NCBI GenBank assembly: GCA_905197045.1
Contig: CAJJXG010000001.1
Location: 96,338-160,337 of the forward strand
Source: an uncultured Bacillales bacterium
GTDB taxonomy: Bacteria > Bacillota_I > Bacilli_A > RFN20 > CAG-826
Direction of reading: 5' to 3'
Length of the DNA: 64,000 bases
Shown here: piece after piece, positions 29,778 to 38,165 of the stretch
Position numbering within the stretch: position 1 is the stretch's first letter
Layout: each line of letters opens with the position of its first letter
Program-made: the position numbers and the translations under genes
The notes under the pieces: generated by a model
Database searches by the model: none
Told to the model about the DNA's origin: nothing
What the model saw: only the letters and a program-made list of their open reading frames with translations

Positions 29778-31383
29778 TTTCTAATTTAATTTGGTTAGCT
29801 GCTTTAATAAATCCTAAAAATAAAGGATGAGCTTTTAATGGACGAGAAAGAAATTCTGGATGGAATTGACAAGCAATAAAATATGGATGATTCTTTAATT
29901 CAACAATTTCACAAAGATTAGTTTGTGGGTTAATTCCACTAAATATTAAATTTCCATCTGAAAATAAATCTTTATATTTATTGTTAAATTCATATCTATG
30001 TCTATGTCTTTCTCTAATTAAATCTTGACCATATAATTCATATGTTTTTGTACCTTTAACTAAAGCACAATCATATTCACCAAGGCGCATTGTTCCGCCC
30101 ATCTTAATTCCTTTATATTGATCAGGAAGATAATCAATAATATTGTTTTTGCAGTTTTCTTCAAATTCTGTAGAATTTGCATCTTCTAAATGCAAAACAT
30201 CTCTAGCGTATTCAATTAAAGAAAGTTGCATCCCAAGGCATAATCCTAAATAAGGAATACTATTTTCTCTTGCATAACGAATAGCTCTAATTTTGCCTTC
30301 AACACCTCTTTTACCAAATCCGCCAGGAACTATAACGCCTTGAACATCATGTAAAATTTCTTCAACATTTTCATCAGTAATGTTGTCACTATTAACCCAT
30401 TTAATTTCGATAGCTTTATCAATTGCATAGCCAGCATATTTTAAAGATTCAACAACAGAAATATAAGCATCATGTAAAGAGACATATTTACCGACAAGAG
30501 CGATTTTAACACTCTTTTTAAGTCTTCTAATTTTTTCAATTAGCTTAACCCAATCAGACATATCAGCAGTTGGTAAACAATCTAAATGCATATGTTTAAC
30601 AATTAAATCATCTAAGTGTTGTTTTTGTAAATTTAAAGCAACTTCGTAAATTATTGGAACATCTTTAACACTAATTACCGCTTCATCACTTAAATTACAA
30701 AATAAAGCAACCTTTCTTTTAGATTCGACATCAATATTAACTTCGCATCTTAAAAGTAAGGCGTCTGGTTGAATTCCAAGTCCTGTCAATTCTTTTACAC
30801 TGTGTTGAGTTGGTTTAGTTTTGATTTCACCAGTAGTTTTTAAATAAGGAACAAGTGTGTTATGAACAAAAAAGGTATTTTCATAACCAAGTTCTCTTCT
30901 TAATTGTCTAATTGCTTCTAAAAATGGAAGCGATTCAATGTCTCCAACCGTTCCTCCAATTTCAACTATACAAACATCAGTATCGCCTTTTGCATTAAAA
31001 GCTTCATAAAGTCGCGTTTTAATTTCGTTAGTTATATGAGGAATGATTTGAATAGTGGCCCCTAAAAAGACGCCTTTTCTTTCTTTTTCTAAAACAGCAC
31101 TATAGACTTTTCCGCTTGTAACACTACTTTCTTTAGTTAAAGAAGTATTAATAATACGCTCATAATGCCCTAAATCAAGATCAGTTTCAGCTCCATCTTT
31201 GGTAACAAAAACTTCACCATGTTGATAAGGAGACATTGTACCTGGATCAATATTTAAATAAGGATCGAGTTTCATGGAAAAAACATTTAGTCCTCTTCTT
31301 TTAAGTAATCGGCCAATACAAGCAGCACTAATTCCTTTGCCTAAACTAGAAACAACTCCACCAGTAACAAATATAAATTTCAT
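29770..31383 (-). CDS. pyrG: CTP synthase
   Basis: ORF-track product carries 33 spurious N-terminal residues. The conserved start MKFIFVTGGVVSSLGKG is at 31383. C-terminal glutamine amidotransferase domain (GLCLGMQ, HPEF). Confidence 0.9.
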   Translation of the reverse strand: MKFIFVTGGVVSSLGKGISAACIGRLLKRRGLNVFSMKLDPYLNIDPGTMSPYQHGEVFVTKDGAETDLDLGHYERIINTSLTKESSVTSGKVYSAVLEKERKGVFLGATIQIIPHITNEIKTRLYEAFNAKGDTDVCIVEIGGTVGDIESLPFLEAIRQLRRELGYENTFFVHNTLVPYLKTTGEIKTKPTQHSVKELTGLGIQPDALLLRCEVNIDVESKRKVALFCNLSDEAVISVKDVPIIYEVALNLQKQHLDDLIVKHMHLDCLPTADMSDWVKLIEKIRRLKKSVKIALVGKYVSLHDAYISVVESLKYAGYAIDKAIEIKWVNSDNITDENVEEILHDVQGVIVPGGFGKRGVEGKIRAIRYARENSIPYLGLCLGMQLSLIEYARDVLHLEDANSTEFEENCKNNIIDYLPDQYKGIKMGGTMRLGEYDCALVKGTKTYELYGQDLIRERHRHRYEFNNKYKDLFSDGNLIFSGINPQTNLCEIVELKNHPYFIACQFHPEFLSRPLKAHPLFLGFIKAANQIKLENE

Positions 31384-31567
31384 TGTTTTTTCCATAATTA
31401 AAACCCTCGAAAAAATTAAAATATTAAAAATATATAATTGGGCAGCCCTTAATATTCTATAAGAAAGCAAGTCCCATATCAAATTATATTGTGTTAAGAT
31501 TAACCTTATTTTTTCAGCTTAAAATTATTAAAAATATACTTCCTTAAATTATCTAAAAGAAGAAAAG

Positions 31568-31624
31568 AAAAAGTCTGCGTTTCTCTTATTTTCTTGAGAA
31601 ATAATAGCGATTTGCAGACTTTTT
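31568..31624 (-). terminator. rho-independent-type terminator downstream of the ROK glucokinase gene
   Basis: AAAAAGTCTGC ..35 nt (with an inner TTCTC/GAGAA hairpin).. GCAGACTTTTT. On the minus strand the hairpin is followed by a U-rich run. Confidence 0.5.
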
Positions 31625-31646
31625 CTAAAATTATTTCTAAATTAAG

Positions 31647-32612
31647 TTAATTAAGGTTATCCATTGCAAGGCATGCGCATCCAATAATTCCAGCGTCATT
31701 TTTTAAGCTTGCGATTTTAATTTCAACTTTAGGTGTATGACTATAGCCATATTTAAACTTTTCACAATATGCTCTAACCTTATCTAAAAGGTAATCGCCT
31801 TGATTAGAAATTCCTCCACCAATTAATATGATTTGAGGTCTAAAAATATTACAGAAGTTTAAAATGCCTTCACTTAAATATTTAACATAAGTATCGATAA
31901 CCTTATTTGCTGCTTCATCGCCTTTTTTAGCACATTCAAAACTTGTTAAACCACTTACATTTTCAATATTGTTATCACAATATTCCCGCATTAATGAATT
32001 TTTATTTTTGTTCATCTCATCGCGAGTAAGTTTTAATAATGCACTAGCACTAGCATAGGTTTCAAAGCAGCCTCTTCTTCCACAAGCACACTCATGTCCA
32101 TCAACAACAATAACGGTATGGCCAAGTTCAGCGCCTTTTCCTTCAACTCCTTCAAAAAGTTTATCGTCAATAACAACTCCGCCACCAATTCCGGTGCCAA
32201 GAGTCAACAAAACAACATCCTTATATCCTTTTGCGGCTCCAAATCTTTCTTCGCCTAAAGCAGCCACATTTGCATCATTTGATAAGAAAACAGGTAAATT
32301 TAAATCTTTAAGGTAATCTTTTAAAGGTACATCTTCAACATAAAGATTACATGCATAATCGATTGTGCCGAGTTTATTATTTACAACTCCTGGAATACCA
32401 AAAGCAATAGCTAGTGGTTTCATGTCATTATCATTAGCGTATTGGATCATTTCAACCATTAAATCTTTGATATCTTTTAATAATGCGTCTTTTCCACCAT
32501 TTATACTATTAGTCTTTTTGCTTCCTTTATGTAAAATTTTTCCATTATTATTAACCAAACCGGCTTTGATGGACATTCCACCAACATCAACACCAATATA
32601 TACATTTTCCAT
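31647..32612 (-). CDS. glcK: ROK-family glucokinase
   Basis: 321 aa. ROK N-terminal ATPase motif (VGGMSIKAGL) and the Zn-binding motif (HECACGRRGCFE). Confidence 0.8.
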   Translation of the reverse strand: MENVYIGVDVGGMSIKAGLVNNNGKILHKGSKKTNSINGGKDALLKDIKDLMVEMIQYANDNDMKPLAIAFGIPGVVNNKLGTIDYACNLYVEDVPLKDYLKDLNLPVFLSNDANVAALGEERFGAAKGYKDVVLLTLGTGIGGGVVIDDKLFEGVEGKGAELGHTVIVVDGHECACGRRGCFETYASASALLKLTRDEMNKNKNSLMREYCDNNIENVSGLTSFECAKKGDEAANKVIDTYVKYLSEGILNFCNIFRPQIILIGGGISNQGDYLLDKVRAYCEKFKYGYSHTPKVEIKIASLKNDAGIIGCACLAMDNLN

Positions 32613-32726
32613 AACAAAAATCTCCTAAAAATATTTTACATTTTTGCTTTTACAATTTCTATTATTGACTGCCTATTTTTCACTTCACTTCAAAATTTTT
32701 ATGACAATTCTACATTAAAATAAAAA

Positions 32727-32773
32727 CTTCTTTAGAAAAAACCTTGCAAATCTAAGCTTTTTTTCTAAAGAAG
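32727..32773 (-). terminator. 15-bp perfect inverted repeat (CTTCTTTAGAAAAAA / TTTTTTCTAAAGAAG) with a 17-nt loop, 18 nt downstream of the tmRNA 3' end; likely the ssrA terminator
   Basis: Arms at 32727-32741 and 32759-32773 are exact complements. The loop contains the recurring CCTTGCAAATCTAAG motif. U-rich sequence follows on the minus strand. Confidence 0.55.
32737..32756 (+). repeat. copy 3 of the recurring motif (AAAAACCTTGCAAATCTAAG)
   Basis: Sits in the loop of the ssrA terminator hairpin, about 125 nt upstream of the glcK start. Confidence 0.4.
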
Positions 32774-32790
32774 GCTTGAAAACATATTTC

Positions 32791-33147
32791 TGGTGGAGAT
32801 GCGGAGAGTCGAACTCCGGTCCACATATCCCCCTACAAAGACCACTACAGTTTAGTTGAGGTTTTAAATTTCATGGCTTATCAATCTCAACGAACTTTAC
32901 ACCACTAGATTATAATTTTTCGTTCTTGCCTTATAATCATTAGGCAAAACCTATCTCCCTAAATTAAGAAGCGTTAATAAGCCAGGAGCAAACTTATTAG
33001 GCCCCACGCTAACTCGATAATGAGTTACTGACTAAGCAGCAAATGCGTAATTGAAATTTCTGTTGCCAGATAATTTTTGTTTGTGATTACGTCACAACTC
33101 GACTGCAATCAATGCCAAAGAATACATGTCGAAACCAGTACATCCCC
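32791..33147 (-). ncRNA. ssrA: tmRNA (ssrA), about 357 nt
   Basis: Minus-strand 5' end GGGGAUGUACUGGUUUCGACAUG (tRNA-like acceptor/D region). 3' end ..GGAGUUCGACUCUCCGCAUCUCCACCA (T-arm plus CCA). Internal tag ORF ends ..S G N R N F N Y A F A A, then UAG. Confidence 0.85.
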
Positions 33148-33157
33148 AAGCATTAAA

Positions 33158-33186
33158 ATTTTAATTATTGTGTCTTCTCTTGTCAA
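33158..33186 (-). promoter_or_regulatory. putative ssrA promoter (TTGACA - 17 nt - TAAAAT)
   Basis: Minus strand: the -35 TTGACA is the reverse complement of 33181-33186, the -10 TAAAAT is the reverse complement of 33158-33163, and the spacer is 17 nt. About 10 nt then lead to the GGGG 5' end. Confidence 0.5.
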
Positions 33187-33267
33187 ATTTTAAACATATA
33201 AATTCATTTGTTTATAAACTATTTATAGTTTATACTATTACATGCATTCGATTTAGAGGTTATTTAA

Positions 33268-34395
33268 ATGGGAAAAGATAAAGTAAAAGTTATTAAACAA
33301 AAAAAGAAAATCAACTTTGCCTCAGTTTGGAAGTTTATTAGAACTTTATGGAAAAACGATGCAGTTGTTGAAGTTGCCACTACAACAAAATGGTGGTGGT
33401 CATTAATTATATTCGTTTTGTCGCTTGTAATTTCTGTTTTACCTGCAACTGTTAATCAAGCTACCGCTCAAGGTAGAAATTTTTTATCAGGTACTAATAC
33501 GAGTTATTCAGATCCTTATATCAATGGTTTATATGCTTATTTAAATGATACAAGTGAAGATAAAAATATCGTATTTGATGGTGAAAGCAAAACTCTTTCA
33601 AGTTCTACAAACACAAGTGGGCATTATGATACTTCGGTTTATGCATTAAGTGATGGAACTCCTGCACTCAAACCTCTTTTTTCTTACTCTAGAACTGTCA
33701 CAAATAGTGGTTTAGAATCAACTACTAACTATTTGGATATTTATGTTTACTATCAAGCTCTTGGAACCGTTGATTTAAATCTAATTTTAAACAACATTCA
33801 AAGCACAAATACAAATTTTGCTGATGGTTATATAACTAACGCTGATTTAAAACATACCCGTCAAACTCCATTTATTCTTTTTACAAATGATGGATTTTAC
33901 GCTGTCAACTATTCGTCTTCAGGTTCTACTTCACTTTCCGGAAATTACAATCACATGAACGAAGCTTTTGACTTTGCAAGTGGCCAATATAGTTTTAAAG
34001 ATGTTTTAAACTATAACGTTTCTACAACTAGCACTATTAGTGAAAAACAAAGTGCCGTCTTTGAAAACTTCCTTACTTATTGTGATTACACTTATTTTGA
34101 TATCCGCTTCAACTCTACTTGGGTTACATTTGGTATTTATTGCGGTGTTAACGGATCAATCATAATTTTAATGGGATTAATCATTTGGCTTATGTGCAGA
34201 GGTAAAAATAATCCTAATAACAAAATTAAAATCTGGGAAACCTATTCAATGGCTTTCTGGGCAGCCGGTTCACCAGCTATCCTTTCATTATTTGCTTTCT
34301 TAATGCCACAAATCGGAATGATGATATTCATTATGCTTTATGCATTTAGAATTATGTATCTCTCGATGAAGCACTTAAGACCAGTTTATCAATGA
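33268..34395 (+). CDS. hypothetical membrane protein (N-terminal TM anchor, about 250-aa Ser/Thr/Asn-rich extracytoplasmic region, C-terminal 3-TM bundle)
   Basis: 375 aa. No recognisable conserved domain. Lys-rich cytoplasmic N-terminus. Own promoter-like element (TTGTTT-17-TATACT) and a terminator at 34445-34476. Confidence 0.55.
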   Translation: MGKDKVKVIKQKKKINFASVWKFIRTLWKNDAVVEVATTTKWWWSLIIFVLSLVISVLPATVNQATAQGRNFLSGTNTSYSDPYINGLYAYLNDTSEDKNIVFDGESKTLSSSTNTSGHYDTSVYALSDGTPALKPLFSYSRTVTNSGLESTTNYLDIYVYYQALGTVDLNLILNNIQSTNTNFADGYITNADLKHTRQTPFILFTNDGFYAVNYSSSGSTSLSGNYNHMNEAFDFASGQYSFKDVLNYNVSTTSTISEKQSAVFENFLTYCDYTYFDIRFNSTWVTFGIYCGVNGSIIILMGLIIWLMCRGKNNPNNKIKIWETYSMAFWAAGSPAILSLFAFLMPQIGMMIFIMLYAFRIMYLSMKHLRPVYQ

Positions 34396-34444
34396 TAAAT
34401 TATTAATAAACAAGCTGAAGTGTTTAAATAAAATTATTCTATAA

Positions 34445-34476
34445 AAGTCGCTATTTATTTGTAGCGGCTTTTTTAC
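34445..34476 (+). terminator. rho-independent terminator after the 33268..34395 gene
   Basis: AAGTCGCTA tttatttg TAGCGGCTT (9-bp stem with one G-U) followed by TTTTT. Confidence 0.6.
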
Positions 34477-34543
34477 TACTGTTTGTTTTAAAAATATATA
34501 TAAATTAAGTTAATAAACATTAATTATTATTTTTTTAACAAAA

Positions 34544-34603
34544 AGACCTGAATTTTAAACGGAAATGATATTTCCTTTGGGACTATTAAAATTATTCAGG
34601 TCT
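34544..34603 (-). terminator. terminator for the rlmH-operon tail (minus strand)
   Basis: Perfect 10-bp arms AGACCTGAAT / ATTCAGGTCT, with an inner GGAAATgatATTTCC hairpin. On the minus strand this is followed by UUUUUGUU. Confidence 0.55.
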
Positions 34604-34664
34604 TCTTAAAGTTATTTTAAGGTAAAAAATAATTATGTAAATCAAAAATTTTTAGTTTCAACTA

Positions 34665-35039
34665 TTAATCTTTCCAATCACTATCAGGATTACCTTTATT
34701 ATCAAAATGAAGTTTTACTTCACCAAGTACATCGCTTAATTCGCGATAATAATAATCATCTTTATAAACAACTGGATTTTCAAAATCAGCTGTAAAAATC
34801 ATTCGCTTATTTCTTTTTGTTATTTCAATAATTTTATTAATTATTTCTTCGTAATGATCAACGAAATGATCTTTTATATATTGAAGTTGTGTATAAAAAT
34901 TTGGTTCTACATAAAATCTAGAACCATCATCCAATTCATATAAATTAATGTCTTTATAATTTTCATCAATAATTTGTTTATATTTGTTAAATTCAATCAT
35001 TTCCATAAATTTGCTCCTTTTAATGATGATATTCCTCAT
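34665..35039 (-). CDS. hypothetical protein, 124 aa, translationally coupled to rlmH (20-nt overlap)
   Basis: No recognisable motif. Acidic, Tyr/Asp-rich. Last gene of the dnaB-walJ-rlmH transcription unit. Confidence 0.5.
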   Translation of the reverse strand: MRNIIIKRSKFMEMIEFNKYKQIIDENYKDINLYELDDGSRFYVEPNFYTQLQYIKDHFVDHYEEIINKIIEITKRNKRMIFTADFENPVVYKDDYYYRELSDVLGEVKLHFDNKGNPDSDWKD

Positions 35040-35490
35040 TATTTATAATTTTAAATGCTCGATATATTTGCTCTAAAATAATCATACGACACATTTGATG
35101 AGTAAAGGTCATTTTAGAAATAGATAATTTAATGTTTGTTCTTTTTCTCACTTCTTCGCTTAATCCTAAAGTTCCACCAATTACAAAAGTAAGAGGAGAA
35201 ATACCTTTATTAATTAAATCATTTATCTTTTGAGCTAACACTTCACTAGAGATCAATTCTCCCTTTAAATCTAAAAGGAAAACAAATTCATCTTGCCCAA
35301 TTCTTTTTAAAAGTCTCTCGCCTTCTTCTTTTTTAACTTGTTCTTCACTTTTATTCTGAATTTTTGTTTCGTCTACTTCAATAATTTCAATTTTTGCAAA
35401 ACGAGTTAAGCGTTTTAAATATTCACTTATTGCATCTTTTAAAAACTTTTCTTTGATCGAACCAACACTGACAATTTTGATTTTCATCAT
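35020..35490 (-). CDS. rlmH: 23S rRNA (pseudouridine1915-N3)-methyltransferase RlmH
   Basis: 156 aa. SPOUT fold (MKIKIVSVG.., GGTLGLSEEV). Confidence 0.9.
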   Translation of the reverse strand: MMKIKIVSVGSIKEKFLKDAISEYLKRLTRFAKIEIIEVDETKIQNKSEEQVKKEEGERLLKRIGQDEFVFLLDLKGELISSEVLAQKINDLINKGISPLTFVIGGTLGLSEEVRKRTNIKLSISKMTFTHQMCRMIILEQIYRAFKIINNEEYHH

Positions 35491-36227
35491 AACTTAACTA
35501 CCTCGTGTTGATTGGCACATTTTATATCGATATTATTAACATCAATATTCTGATAATTAAAAACATCATAATAAGTTCTTAAAGCTTTTTCAGGAGTATT
35601 ACATTCTTCACTTAAATGTGCTAAAACAATTCGTTTTGTTTTTTCTCCAATTAGATGAGACATATAAAAAGCACTATCTTCATTTGATAAATGACCTTCA
35701 TAAGATAAAATACGTTTTTTTAAAATTTCAGGTCTTGAACTATTAAGCAACATTTCTACATCATGATTTGATTCGATAATATAATAAGTTTTATTTTTAA
35801 TCGCTTTTAAAGTTCTTGGAAGAATCATTCCTGTATCAGTTAAATATACTAGTTCCTCATCCTTATCTTTAATTAAAAAACCACAAGTTGGATTAGAATC
35901 ATGAGAAGCTTTTATTGGTGTTACTAAAAAGGTTCCTAAAGAATATTCTTTATAACATTTAAGAATGTTGTTTTCGTTTAAAGGAACAATGTTTTTTAAA
36001 GTAAAACGTTTATCAATAGGTGCTTTTTCATAAGACAAAATATGGTCGCTATGAGCATGTGTAAACAAAAAATAATTGATATTTGCAATGTTTTTCCCAA
36101 TATTGTTTAATTTTGAATTAAGTTCTTTTTCGCTAATTCCAAAATCAATTAATAAATTTGTACTCTCGTTAAATATTAAAGTGGCATTCCCTTTAGAGCC
36201 GCTTGCTAAAATATATGCATTAATCAT
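35487..36227 (-). CDS. metallo-beta-lactamase-fold hydrolase, YycJ/WalJ-like
   Basis: The conserved start MINAYILASGSKGNA is internal to the ORF-track product. HxHxDH motif (FTHAHSDHI). Position upstream of rlmH as in Bacillus yycJ-rlmH. Confidence 0.8.
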   Translation of the reverse strand: MINAYILASGSKGNATLIFNESTNLLIDFGISEKELNSKLNNIGKNIANINYFLFTHAHSDHILSYEKAPIDKRFTLKNIVPLNENNILKCYKEYSLGTFLVTPIKASHDSNPTCGFLIKDKDEELVYLTDTGMILPRTLKAIKNKTYYIIESNHDVEMLLNSSRPEILKKRILSYEGHLSNEDSAFYMSHLIGEKTKRIVLAHLSEECNTPEKALRTYYDVFNYQNIDVNNIDIKCANQHEVVKL

Positions 36228-37701
36228 TGTTGTCAGCGTCGCTAAACTTGTAAGAATAATTAGAACCAACTTGATTATTAGGACGATAGTTTATTTTGTC
36301 TTTGCCAAAGAATCTTCCAAAAGCAGTTATAAAAAATAAACTCACAACTCCCGTTCGTCCGCTTCTATTTTTAGCAATAATAACATCTACAGGATCGGCT
36401 TTTGGCTCGTTAGTGTTTTGTTGTTGAGCAAGTGATGCTTCTTCATCTTGTGCTTTCCCTTTTTTGTCGCCACCAATTGAGATGCCCTGGTTTTTATAAT
36501 AATCTGGACGATATAAAAATAAAACTTTATCTGCGTCTTGCTCAATTGCTCCAGAGCTTCTTAAATCAGCAAGTTGTGGTCTTTTGCTTTCTCTAGCATC
36601 GGTTTGACGATTAAGTTGGGATAAACATAAAACTGGACAAGCAAGCTCACCAGATAACATTTTTAATCTACGAGAAAAATAAGCAACTTTTGCTTGTTCG
36701 TTGTCTTTATAAATATTTTTAGGGTCATTTATAAGACCAATATAGTCGACAACAATAAGGGCCAAATCACCCTTTGATTCTTTAAGCTTTCTAGACTTTA
36801 ATACTATATCATCAATTGAAGAACCACTATTATCATCAATATAAAGAGGAACTGAAGCTATATCGTTTTCAATTTCTTTTAATTTTAAACGATCTTTAAC
36901 ATTTAAAATTCCTTTTTGAATCATGTCGTAAGAAATTGAACTATTTGCTGCAAAAAGTCTTTTCATAATCATGTCGCTAGACATTTCTAGTGAAAAAATT
37001 GCAACTGGTCGGTTAGTTTTTTTCGCAGCATTAAAAGCAACATTTAACGCTAAAGCTGATTTACCAACGGAAGGTCTAGCAGCAAGAATAATTAATTCAT
37101 TCTTATTTAAACCATTAATGAGTTCGTCAAGATCATCAAAGCCAGTAGAAATACCAGTGATTGAGCCTTCAACACCATGACTTTTTTGAATTTTTTCACC
37201 AACAATTCGAGCAGCTTCGCTAGCACTAATAAAATCGCTAACTCTTCTTCGCTCAGTAATTTTATTAATTCTTGATTCGCATTCAGCAACAAATCCATTA
37301 ACATCCTTAATTTGCTTTGATTGATAATCGCTTTCAATGCGGTCAATTTCTTGAAGCAAATTTCTAAGTAAGGTTAAATCTTTTAAGTTTTTAATATAAA
37401 ATTCAACGTTTTTAAAGGTCGTTACGCATTTAGCTAGATGAACCAAATAATCAACTCCGCCAACTTTATCTAATTCTTTGGTATTAGTTAATTGATTTGT
37501 AACTGTAGTTATATCAATAGCTGTCCCGCCATCATAAAGAGCCTTCATTGCTCTAAAGATTGCTCTATTTTTTAAATTTCCAAAATAAAAATCATCCTCA
37601 GTTAATGATACTAAGATTTCTGCAGCGTTTCTTGAATCAAGTAAACAAATACCTAATACTGTATTTTCGCTAAATTCATCAGAAGGATAATTTTTGATCA
37701 T
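36220..37701 (-). CDS. dnaB: replicative DNA helicase (DnaB family; DnaC in Bacillus nomenclature) with a roughly 40-aa C-terminal extension
   Basis: 493 aa. Walker A ARPSVGKSALAL, Walker B LIVVDYIGL, H4 motif IIAKNRSGRTG. An extra Asn/Ser-rich tail lies beyond the usual end. Confidence 0.9.
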   Translation of the reverse strand: MIKNYPSDEFSENTVLGICLLDSRNAAEILVSLTEDDFYFGNLKNRAIFRAMKALYDGGTAIDITTVTNQLTNTKELDKVGGVDYLVHLAKCVTTFKNVEFYIKNLKDLTLLRNLLQEIDRIESDYQSKQIKDVNGFVAECESRINKITERRRVSDFISASEAARIVGEKIQKSHGVEGSITGISTGFDDLDELINGLNKNELIILAARPSVGKSALALNVAFNAAKKTNRPVAIFSLEMSSDMIMKRLFAANSSISYDMIQKGILNVKDRLKLKEIENDIASVPLYIDDNSGSSIDDIVLKSRKLKESKGDLALIVVDYIGLINDPKNIYKDNEQAKVAYFSRRLKMLSGELACPVLCLSQLNRQTDARESKRPQLADLRSSGAIEQDADKVLFLYRPDYYKNQGISIGGDKKGKAQDEEASLAQQQNTNEPKADPVDVIIAKNRSGRTGVVSLFFITAFGRFFGKDKINYRPNNQVGSNYSYKFSDADNND

Positions 37702-37707
37702 ATTAAA

Positions 37708-38160
37708 TTACTTTGTTTCCTCAACAAGGTGGACTCTCACTGTTCCAATAACATCTTTGTACAATTCAATTTTTAAATTTGTGTAACCAAAAGCATTCAT
37801 TGGATATTTATCAATAAATTTACGCTTATCAATAATGATTCCATATTTATCTTTTAGCTCTTTTTCAACTTCTTTAGTTGAAATGCTTCCGGCTGGAGTA
37901 TGATCAGCGTGCGCTTTTAATTTAAATTCAACTACAATTGTTTCAAGTTTTTCTTTAGCTTTTATTGCTTCTTCTTTTAAAACTTCTTGTCTTTTAGCTT
38001 CCTCGGCTTGTTCTTTTTTAAGTTCAGCTAAACTTTCTTCTGTTTTTCTAACAACAAGTTTTCTTGGAATTAAAAAGTTTTTAGCATAACCATCAGATAC
38101 ACTTTTACTTTCTCCCTTTTTTCCAAGTCCTTTTACATCTTTAAGTAAGATAACTTCCAT
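37708..38160 (-). CDS. rplI: 50S ribosomal protein L9
   Basis: 150 aa. MEVILLKDVKGLGKKGE start typical of L9. Confidence 0.9.
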   Translation of the reverse strand: MEVILLKDVKGLGKKGESKSVSDGYAKNFLIPRKLVVRKTEESLAELKKEQAEEAKRQEVLKEEAIKAKEKLETIVVEFKLKAHADHTPAGSISTKEVEKELKDKYGIIIDKRKFIDKYPMNAFGYTNLKIELYKDVIGTVRVHLVEETK

Positions 38161-38165
38161 ATTGA

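Noticed and set aside
32613-34664. Genomic island or prophage remnant integrated at ssrA.
   Set aside because: No integrase, no direct repeat of the tmRNA 3' end, and flanking genes are core housekeeping. Only one lineage-specific gene lies adjacent.
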